Below, in pieces: positions 46,174 through 56,540 of a stretch of 64,000 nucleotides of DNA (position 1 is the first letter of the stretch; every line of letters starts with the position of its first letter). A program made the translations under genes and the position numbers. Origin of the DNA: Camelus dromedarius (Eukaryota); assembly GCF_036321535.1 (NCBI RefSeq), contig NC_087437.1:61258001-61322000 (forward strand), given 5' to 3'. Under the pieces are notes generated by a model. That model ran no database searches. It was not told where the DNA came from and saw only the letters and a list, made by a program, of their open reading frames with translations.

Positions 46174-47895
46174 TCACCTCTCCTCCTTTTGGCTCCTCAG
46201 GAAGGCGCAATTGGTGCCTCTGGTGAGACGAAGTGGGCAGAAGGAGAACTGAAGGAGTGGGGAATGGGAGGAGTGAGAGGGGCCTGGCCCCTTAAGGGGG
46301 TGGCCCAACGCTGCCGGGCTCCGCCCCACTGGGGCGGCGCAGGCGCAGGCAGGCATCAGGAACTCCGGCGGGAGGGCGGCGCTCCTGGCTCGCGGGCCGG
46401 CGCGCGGGGCCGCAGCACCTGCGGGGGCCGGCGCAGGGCGCGGCGCCCGGGGGGCGGACGTCCACGCCCAGAAGCGAAGGCTGGGAGTGGGGATCGGGAC
46501 GGGAGGGCGGGCGCGGAGCAGGAGGGGACGCGACCCCGCTGCCCCCTCCCCCGAGGGACCGGACGGAAGAAGCCAGGCGAGGGGGGCGGTGTGAGCGGGC
46601 GCGGAGGGCAGCACCATCTGGAGGGGCGGGACCGCGTGGCCTCTGGGGGGCAGGCGAGTGCGTTGGGCAGTGCCAGCTGGGGGCCCTAGGCCAGGGGCGC
46701 AGGAGGAGCGGGGCGGACTCAGCCCCGCGCTGCCGGAGCAGCAACCGCAGCGGGTCGGGGTTCTCAGCTGGGGCCCGCAGCAGCTCCGCGGGCTGAAGCT
46801 CGGCGTGGAGGAGCAGGGGGGCGTGGGTCCGGCGGTGCAGGAGGAGGGGGAGGTGGGCCCGGGGGTGCAAGAGCGGGGCGGTCGCGGCCACGAGCCCAGC
46901 CTGGGGGTAGTGTGGGGGCCGCCGGACGGAGCGGACTGGAGGCATCCGCCGTCGTGGACGGGCTCTGCGGGCTGGCCTGTGGTGCAGGAGGAGGGGCTAG
47001 GGCCCCGCAAGCAGCACCAGGAGAAGGGGGGAGCCAGCCCTGCAGTGCAGGAGCGGGGAGAGGCCCTCGCCGGGGTGCAGGAGCGGGGGGAGGGGAGCCC
47101 ACGCAGGCTGCTGCAGCACCCCGAGCAACTGTCTGAGTTCGGAGACCGCTCCTGGGAGCGCAGAGAGGAGCCCGAAAGTTCTGGGGAGCAGTACTGGGAG
47201 AGCTGCGGGCACAGAAGGGAGGCGGTGGTTCTGGGAGAGGCCCCGGCACGTCGCAAGAGACTCGAGGTAGTGGGGAGGGCCCGGCCAGTGGGGCCCCGGG
47301 GGCCTGAGGGGGAGGGGCGCCTAGGGGTGCAGGAAGCGAATTGGCTGCCTGGGGTGCAGGAAGGACAGGTGGTGCGCGCTGTCCAGGAAACATACCTGGA
47401 CGGGAAGGGGTCTCCGGAGGGAGAGGGGCCCCCTGAGGGACACAGAATCCGGAGGCGCAGGCGGAGGAGGAGGTGGTAACCCCCAGGTCGGCTGCTCAGT
47501 ATCAGGATTAGGGCAGGGCCGAGGTGAAAGCAGGATGTAGGGGTTTGGGGAGTGGGGAGCAGAAGAGCGTCGTGAACCTGGGAGCTTTGGAAACCACTGT
47601 CCGAAAGCAAGCGTCTTGCTGGATCCTTTTTTGCAACCTCAGCCGGAACATCCAAAGCTGTGTCTGCAGAGAGGCAGCAGAAGGCCTCAGGTAAGGAAGC
47701 CAGTCCTGTTCTCAGCAGAAATTGGTGTGTTTGGAAGGAGGGGGCCGCAGTTATCTCAGGAGAGTGTAGTCTCCAAACTGCCCTTGTTCATTCCTTGTGT
47801 TTAAACCTGGAGAAGGAGGAAGCGGTGCAGTTTTCAGCAGCAATGCAGGACCCCTCCCCCCAGTACTGTATGTGCCAACTGGAGTGATGGGACAT
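46174..47895 (-). pseudogene. Candidate uncharacterised Ser/Cys/Pro-rich repeat protein gene or pseudogene
   Basis: One frame is open from ATG 47895 to TGA 46174 except for a single TGA at 47790-47788; 10-aa SCT repeats; minus-strand AATAAA at 45846-45841. Confidence 0.4.
46300..47480. other. Orphan CpG island with degenerate ~30-nt tandem repeats
   Basis: Very GC/CpG-rich; recurrent GGTGCAGGAG(C/G)(A/G)GGGG unit. Confidence 0.85.
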
Positions 47896-50422
47896 TTCCT
47901 TAGAGTCTAGACTGGTGGTGAGACTGTCTGGGTGGCTGCCAGGCCTGGGCAGAAGGAAGAGGGGGGAACCCCAGGCTGAGGTTGATGAGGAGGTAGTCAC
48001 CCCTCTACCCGTCTACTGGTGGAGATAGGGGTGCCTCTGTGCCATAGCTGGGGTGGTGAAATCAGCACAGGCTGCCGCACGTCCTCAAAATACATTCCAA
48101 AAAAGGGAAGGGGCAGCATTATATTAAGAGGACCTTATCTTTTAAACCTGTTGGCCACGTGAGCTGAGATGCAAGTGTGGCAGCCAGTGACTTGGGCACG
48201 AGCCTGACCCGTGCCAGACACACCTTCTTGTCACATTTGATTAATCCTGAGGGCCCAGAGCCAAGGATGAATAGTGGGCAGAAGAGCAGAGAGCTATCTC
48301 TGCCTCCATGTGGGCTCTTACGACCCAAACCTGAAAGTGTGGGAGAGGAGGGGTTATCTGCACTGATGGTCTGTGGGTATCCTCTGTGGCCCAGACCTCA
48401 GCCCCACCCTGTGGAGGTGGACAGATGGGCAGCTGTGGCATCATGGGTTTTGTACCAGTCAGGGCCAGCTCCCAGCCCAGCTTAGAGTTGGGGCTTTGCA
48501 GGGATGGGGGCTAAATTTGGCCTCCTGTTGACTCCTTCGTGGCCTGGGTGCCAGGCCTTTTCATTCCTGGCCCCAAGGAGCTTGACTGGCCACTTGTGGG
48601 CCTCATCCTCCTAGGGCTGTTCACCTCTTACCTAGCACTGTCTTGAGTTCTTGTTTCTCTAGCCCTCAGGTGGGGGTGGGTGCCTTAGCTGAGATCCATC
48701 TCTGCCCAGCCCAAGGGAGTAGCTCTGATTCAGATGGCCCCCAGACTCCTGTCCCAACCAGACTGGGTGGAGATAGTCCTTTCCTGTCGGGGCAGGGGGA
48801 GTTGGTGGTGGCCTCCTAGGCAGGCAGCTGCTGGAATTATGCTGGAGAAGCCGGTTAGCCTGGTCCTCATGCAAACCTAAACTTGACTGTCAGCTTCTTC
48901 ATCCCACGCCTACCTGTCGTCCTACCACCCAACTCATGCACCGGAAGTTCAGCTGCTATATCCATGGCATCTGCTTCTGGGATGGCCAGACTGGTTCTGG
49001 CTCTCTGGCTTCAATAGAGAGAATTGTCTGTTCTAAACACATACACCCAAGCACACATCTTCACCCTGTTTCAGGTTGACTCTTGAATCTGTGGTAGACG
49101 AAGAGAGGGAGAAGGACTTTGGCAGATCTAGGTTATCAGCTGTGAACCTCTTGAGGCAGAATAACGTCTCTGGGCTTCAGTTTCCTTGTCTGTGTGGTGG
49201 GGCATGTTTTTCGCCACTCAGTGTCCTGAGTGCAGAGGGCTCGGACCCTTCTTTGTCGATCCGGTGCCCACCATCCCAGGAGCTGTGATGGTAGGGAGGA
49301 GGGGTCAGTGCTCCAAGATCATTTCCTCTGGCCTCTAAGCTGACGATTACCCCCTGCCTTGTGCTTTATTCTGGAAGCTGAAGTGCCTTTTTGTTTTTAA
49401 TAATAGCTTTATTAAAGTATAATGACATATGGTAAATGGAATCTATTTAAAACATAATTTAACAAGTTTTAACATATGCATATACCTGTGAAACGAGATC
49501 AGTCAAGGTAATGAACATACCCATTATTCCCAACCCCCTCAAAGTTTTTTGTGCCTGTTTGTAATCCCTCCTTCCCACACCTCCTTTGCCATCACCCTTC
49601 CCCAGGTAACAATGATCGGCTCTCTGTCACTGACATCAATTCACATCACCTAGAATTTATTTAAGTCGAATCATACAGTATGTGCTCTTTTTTTGCCTGG
49701 CTTTTTTCATTCAGCATAATTATTTTGATAGTCATCCATGTTGTCATGTGTATCAATTGCTCATGTCTTTTTATTGCTGAAAAGTATTCCATTGTATGTG
49801 TATACCACAGTCTGTTTATCCATTCACCTCCTGACAGGTTTTTCTCAGTTTTTGCTTATTACAGGTAAAAGTACTATGAACATTTGCATAAGTCTTTATA
49901 TGGACATATGTTTTTATTTCTCTTGGGTAAATCCTTAGGACTGAAATAGTTGGATCGTATGGTGGGTGTACATTTAACTTTTAACAAACTGCCAGGCTGT
50001 TTTCCAAAGGGTTGTACCGTGTAACATACCCACCAGCTGTGTAGGAAAGTTCTAGTTTGTTCACTACTTTGTCAACACTTGGTATGATCAGTCTCTTTAA
50101 ATTGAGACATTCTAATAGGTCTGTAATGATATCTCATTTTGGTTTTGATTTGCATTTCTTTAATGACTGATGTTATTGAGCATCTTTTCCTGTGCTTTTT
50201 TTGCCATGTGTGTGTGTATCTTTGGTGATGTGTCTATTCAACTTGTTTACCCATTTTATAGTTGTGTGAAGTTTTTTTTTTTTTCCATACTAAGTTTTGA
50301 GAATTCTTTATATACTCTGGACACAAGCCCTTTATGGGATATTTGATTTGTAGATATTTTATTCCAGGCTCTGGCTTTCATTCTAATTTTTTTTAACAGT
50401 GTCTTTTTAAGAGCAGAAGTTT

Positions 50423-51224
50423 TATTTTATTTTTTTATTTTTTCTTTTCTTTTATTGAGTTATAGTCAGTTTACAATGTTGTGTCAATTTCCAGTGTAGA
50501 GCACAATTTTTCAGTCATACATGAATATACATATATTCATTTTCACATTCTTTTTCACTGTGAGCTACCACAAGATCTTGTATGTATTTCCCTGTGCTAT
50601 ATGGTATAAACTTTATCTATTCTATATATACCTGTCAGTATCTATAAATTTTGAACTCCCAGTCTGTCCCTTCCCACCCACCTCTCCCCTGGCAACCACA
50701 AGTTTGTATTCTATGTCTATGAGTCTGTTTCTGTTTTATATTTAAGTTCATTGGTGGCCTTCCTTCTTCCTTCCTCCCTCCTTCTTTCTCCCTTCTCCCT
50801 CCTCCTTCCTCCTCCTTCCTCCTCCTTCCTCCTCCTTCCTCCTTCTTCCTTCTTCTTGATTCCACGTATAAGCGATCTCATATGGTACTTTTCTTTCTCT
50901 TTCTGGCTTACTTCACTTAGAATGACATTCTCCAGGGACATCCATGTTGCTGCAAATGGCATTATGTTGTCAGTTTTTTATGGCTGAATAGTTTTCCATC
51001 GTATAAATATACCACAACTTCTTTATCCAGTCATCTGCCGTTGGACATTTAGGCCGTTTCCATGACTTGGCTATTGTAAATAATGCTGCTGTGAACATTG
51101 GGGTGCTGGTGTCTTTTTGAATTAGGGTTCCTTCTGGATATATTCCCAGGAGTGGGATTACTAGGTCATATGGTAAGTCAATTCCTAGTCTTTGAGGAAT
51201 CTCCGTACTGTTTTCCACAATGGC
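50423..51224 (-). mobile_element. Younger 5'-truncated L1 inserted into older L1
   Basis: 14-bp TSD AAGAGCAGAAGTTT at 50409-50422 and 51225-51238; ORF2 C-terminal peptides (PMFTAALFTIAK, MPFAATWM). Confidence 0.9.
50758..50858. repeat. Polypyrimidine (CCT/CTT)n low-complexity tract
   Basis: About 100 nt of only C and T. Confidence 0.9.
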
Positions 51225-54200
51225 AAGAGCAGAAGTTTGAAATTTTAATGAACTCCAATTTACCAACTTGTTTTATGGATTATGCTTTTAGGAACTCTTT
51301 GCCTAACCCAAAGCATGATGGCTTTCTCCTATAACTTTTATAGTTATGAGATTTACATTTAGGTCTACAATCTATTTTGGGCAAATTCTTGGGTTAGTAT
51401 GTGGTGCAAGGTATGAATTGAAGTTCAGTTTTTTGCATGTGGAGATCCAGCAGAATTTCTGAATAGACTTGTTTCTTCATGGAATTGCCTTTGTACCTTT
51501 ATTGAAAATCAGTTGTATGTGTGTAGACCTAAATCTGAATGTTTTGTTCTATTGATCTGACTTCTCTATCTTTATCTCAGGACTATACTCTCTTGATCAC
51601 TGTAGATTTTATAGTATAGTAAGTCTTGAAATCAGGGAAGGATCTTGAACTTTGTTTTTCCTTTTCAAAATTGGCCGTAGTTATTCTAGATTCATTGTAC
51701 TTCCATATACATTTTAGAACAATTCGGTAATTTCTACCAAAAAGCCTGCTGGGATTTTAATTGAGATTGCACTGAATCTAGAGGTCAATTTGTGGAGAAT
51801 TGACATTTTAGCAATATTGATCCTGACCCATGAACAGTGGGTATCCCTGTATTTATTTAGATTTTTAAGAATTTCATGTGTTTTGTAGTTTACAGTATAC
51901 AGATCTTTTGTCTTTTGTCAGATACATCGTTAAGTATTTCATTTTTGAAGTAAGTAGTATTTTTAATGGAATTCAGTTTTTTAAATTTACCTTAATTGTG
52001 GTAAAATATACACAACAAAATTTACTATTTTAATCATTTTAAAGTGTATAGGTCAGTACTATTAGGTATACTCATGTTGTTGTGCAACCATCACCATTGT
52101 CCATCTCCAGGACTTTTTTTATCTTGCAAAACTGAAACTGTACCTATTAAACAATCTCTCTATTCCCCCTTCTACCCTATCCCCTAGCAGCCACATTCTG
52201 CTTTCTGCCTCTGTGAATTTGACTACTCTGAATACCTCATGGGAGTAGACTCATACAGTATTTGTCCTTTTGTGACTGTTTTTTTTCCACTTACCAAAGG
52301 TGTCCAAGGCTTATCCATGTTGTAGCAAGTGTCAGAATTTCCTTTTTTAAGGCTGAATAGTAATCCACTGTATGAATATACAACATTTTGTTTATTCATC
52401 CATTGATAGTTGCTACTGCCTTTTTGCTGTTGCCAAAAATGTGGCTGTAAGGCGGTATTGTTTTTTAAATTTCAGTTTCCAGTTGTTTGTTGGCATGTAT
52501 AAATACAAATGTGTAAATACAATTGACTTCTGTATATTGACCTTATATCCTGCCAAATTGCCAACAGACTTACTCTAGTAGCTTCTTCGTAGCTTCCATT
52601 GGATTTTATATATAGACTGCCATGTCATCTGCTAATAAAGACAATTTTACTTCTTCCTTTCTGATTTTTTAAGTCTTGTCATTTCTTTTCTTGCCTGACT
52701 GCACTGGCTATATCCTCTAGTATAAGTTTGAATAGAAGATTAGACATGTTGTTCCTGATCTTCAGGGGAAAACATTCAGTCTTTCACCATTATGAATGAT
52801 TGAGCTGTAGGTTTTTCATATATGATCTTTATCAGATTGGAGAAGCTACTTTCTATTCCTATTTTGCTGAGATTTTTAGTAGAAATGGATGTTGGATTTT
52901 GTCAAATGTTTTTTCTGTGTTTATCAAAATGATCATAGGATTTTCTTTCTTAGTTTATTTACATGTTGAATTACATAGCAATTTCAAATACTAAATCAGC
53001 CTCTCATTCCTGAGACAAACTCCATTGGGTCATGAGTATGATTGTTTATATATATTGTTGGATTCTGTTTGCTAAAGAATTTGTTAAGAGTTTTTGCCTC
53101 TATGTTTATGAGGATAGTTTCCTTGTAATGTCTGCAGGATCCATAATGTACATCTTTAATTTATCATCGTCTGCCTTCAAGTGATATGAGTGTAAGAGCC
53201 TTAAAATAGTATATTTTCATTCTTCTCCTCTCATGCCATTTTTGTCAAAAGTTATAATTACACATGTGATGAACCACACACTATGTTGGTATAATTTTTG
53301 TTTAAACAGTCGATTTATCTTTTAAAGTAATTTAAATAGTAATAATACATCTTAACTGTTTACTCATATAGTTGCCATTTCCAGTACTGTTCATTTCTTT
53401 TCATAGATCTGTATTTCTATATGATATTATTTTTCCTTTTGCCTAAAGGACTTCCTTTAACGTTTATTATAGGGCAGGTCTGCTGGTGTTGAATTCTTTC
53501 AGCTTTTGTATATTTTAAAAGTTTATTTAGCCTTTGTTTTAAAAAGATATTTCCATTGGAATAGAATTATAGGTCATTTTTTCTTACAGTACTTTAATGA
53601 TTCTGTGCCACTGGTCCTCATTTCCCTTGTTTCTGCAAGAAATCTTCTGTCATCTTTATTTTTATTTCCTGTGTGTAACTTGTCTCCCTTGCCCTCCCTA
53701 GCTACTTTTTGAGATTTTTATCACTGATTTTGAGCAGTTTGATTTCTGTGTGCAATGGTGTAGTGTTTTTCATGTGTCTTGTGTTGGAGTTCATTGAGTT
53801 TCTTGAATCTCTTAGTTTCCATCAAATATGGGAAAATTTCAGCCATTATTTCTTCAAAAAATGTTTCTGTTCCCAACTCTCCTTTCCTTGGGAACTCCAA
53901 TCATACATATTTTAGGCCACTTGAAATTGTCCTACTGCACACTGATGCTTTGCTCATTTGAAAAGGAATCTTTTTTCCTCCCTTTCGTTTTGGGTAGTTT
54001 CTGTTACTGTGTCTTCAGGTTCACCTAGTTTTTCTTCTGCACTGTCTAATCTGCCTTTGATTCTGTTTACCTTATTTTTTCATTTCATTCAGTGTTTTTT
54101 AATTCTAGAAGTTCAATTACAGTCTTTAAAAATTTAGTTATAATAATTGTTGTAGTGTCTTTGTCTACTAATTCTAACATCTGTGTCAGTTCCAGATTGG

Positions 54201-56199
54201 TTGTGGTTGATTGCTTTATCTCCTCATTATGGATTATAGCTTCTTGCCTTTTTTTCTTTTTTGGGGGCATGGCTAATAATTTTTTTATTGGATGCCAAGC
54301 AATGCATTTTACTTCGTTGGATGCTGGCTATTTTTGTATTCCTTTAAGTATTCTTGGGCTTTATTCTGGGATGCAGTTAAGTGACTGGGAAACAGTTTGA
54401 TCCTCTTGGGTCTCGGTTTTAACATTTGATAGGTGGGACCAGAGGCATGCTCAGTCTAGGGCTAATAATTTCCCACTGCTGAGATCTGCCTCTCTAGTCT
54501 ACCAAGCACCTCACTTTTCCAGTCTGGCTAGTGGGAAAGGGCACTTTTCCCAGCCCTGTGAGCGCCAGGCACTGTTACATCTAATCCTTCTGGGTAGTTC
54601 TTTTCACCAGCCTTGGGTAGTTTCTGCACATTCGTGTAATGATCAGAACTCAGCTGACTACTCAAGGGGGAATCTTTTACAGACCTCTGTGGTACTGTCT
54701 CTTCTCAGATGCTCTGTTCTGTGAATTCTGGCCACCTAAGTATCCCCAGAGTCTCAGCTCTATCTCCTCAACTCAGAGAGTCTTTCGGGGTCCATCTGGC
54801 TCCCTTCCCTGTTCTGTAGCCTAGAAACTCAACCATAGGGCTGAGTTTCCTGTCTCATTGGTATCACTGCCCTTTGCTTCTTAATGTCTGGTGTCTTCAA
54901 AACCATTTTTTATATTTTATCCTTCTTTTGTGTGTCTGTGTGGCATTTCAGTTAGAAGGGTAACTCTGATCCCTCTTAACCCATCTTGGCCAAAGATGAA
55001 GATTTTACTTTAATTCCCTCATTCCCACCCTTCTACTTTTCCCATCTTCCAGTTCATGCACTCTGGATGTATCTCATTTTTTTTTTTTTTCTTCATCCTA
55101 CTGTCCGTGTTTATATTGTTATGGTATAGTAAACTGTGATGACTTTTCCTTTTCTGCACACCTTTTTGTCCTTCCTGGACTTGCTTCATTTGTTTGCTTA
55201 GTTTTCTATGCACCTTTCAGTTAGTCAAATTCTCTAGTAGCTATCTAAATTTCTCAGGATGTCAATTCCGCTAGGTATTCTATCAAATTCATCTTTCTGA
55301 AGAAGTCTCTTTCAGAGCCTTGTGCCCTGAAGCAGTATGGACTCCTTGTTCTCTGTCATTCCTCTCTCAGGAAGCTACTAAAGTATTAAAGTATATGCTT
55401 CCTGAGAGAGGAGAGTGAAAGGGTAGTAAATTATTTTGAGACCTTGCCAGTCTGATACTCAATCACTCAATTACCTGAATATAGAGATCTAGGCTGGAAA
55501 TTGCTTTCCTTCAGAATTTTAAAGACATCGTTTTTAGGTTCCAGAGTTAACACTGAAGTCTACAGTCATTCAGGACCCTTTGTCTCCAGGATTCTATTTC
55601 CTAATCATTTCCTAATTATGTGGCTGGGTGTGGGCTTCTGCTCTCCCTTGTGGAAGATTCCTTGAACTTTATCCTCCATTCCTTCTATTGTGCTTTTGGC
55701 AGTTATAGTAGCAGTAAATGTCTGTTGACATTAAATTATCTCATGTGTGGCATGGATAAGATAGACACAAAACTACCAAATTCAACTTAAGTTTTAACAG
55801 AAACGTTGGGAGAATGGATTAGGAGTTTTGGCTAGGGAGATACCCACATTTCACTGAAAAAAAAATCTTTTTTTAAAAGAGAGGACTTGCTAAAATTTTA
55901 AGGTCTAGTTTTTTTTTTAATTAAAAAAATTAGGATAAGTGTGTGAATCTAATGAAAAAATTCTCGGCATGAATTTTGGAAATTTAGTAGAATGATTTCT
56001 CCATCCACTGACACTAATTGGACTTAGAATTGAGAATTATCATCTGTATAGTAAATAGTCTCATAAGCTGATGCTCAAGGCCATGATGAGAAGGGCCTTC
56101 TGAAAGAGTGGTCAGTGTCAGCAATGGGAGAGAATGTTTGAAAACAGGACTGCTCTGGCCAGGACCAGTGATTGGCACAGTTACAGGCTTTCTCCAGAA

Positions 56200-56540
56200 C
56201 ATTGGTTCTTAACCCCAATCTAGATTATCTGAAGAGACTTCAAGATCTGATGCCTGAGTCTCACCTAGACCAAGTTGATTAGAATCTTAGTGAGTAGGGC
56301 CCACACGTTGACCCTTTCCTACCTCCCAGGTGACTTAAATGCACAGCCAGGGCAAAGAGCTACCACTCCAGAGTTTAACGAGGGCCCTAGATTATGGTCT
56401 AAGGACGAGCACGTTGTCACTTGGGAGCTTGTTAGAAATTCAGAATCTTAGGCCCTACCCCGTATCTATGGAATCTGAATCTGTATTTTAACAAGTTTCC
56501 CCAGATAATCTGTATGTGTGTTCAAGTTTGTGAAACACTG
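56200..56540. mobile_element. MER5-like MITE pair
   Basis: CATTGGTTCTTAACC...; CACTTGGGAGCTTGTTAGAAAT...AAGTTTGTGAAACACTG. Confidence 0.7.

Larger units (their letters stand above)
49390..55000 (-). mobile_element. Nested old L1M fragments (3'UTR, ORF2, ORF1/5' remnants)
   Basis: T-rich antisense L1 motifs throughout (TTGAGCATCTTTT, GCTGGGATTTT, CAGTCTTTCACCATT). Confidence 0.85.

Noticed and set aside
46153..46689. 178-aa Gly/Arg-rich plus-strand ORF
   Set aside because: GTG start, and the composition expected from a GC-rich island; no independent support.
47788..47790. Selenocysteine or readthrough recoding of the in-frame TGA in the Cys-rich frame
   Set aside because: No TGA-CTAG readthrough context, and I could not identify a SECIS in 45850-46170; a SECISearch run would settle it.
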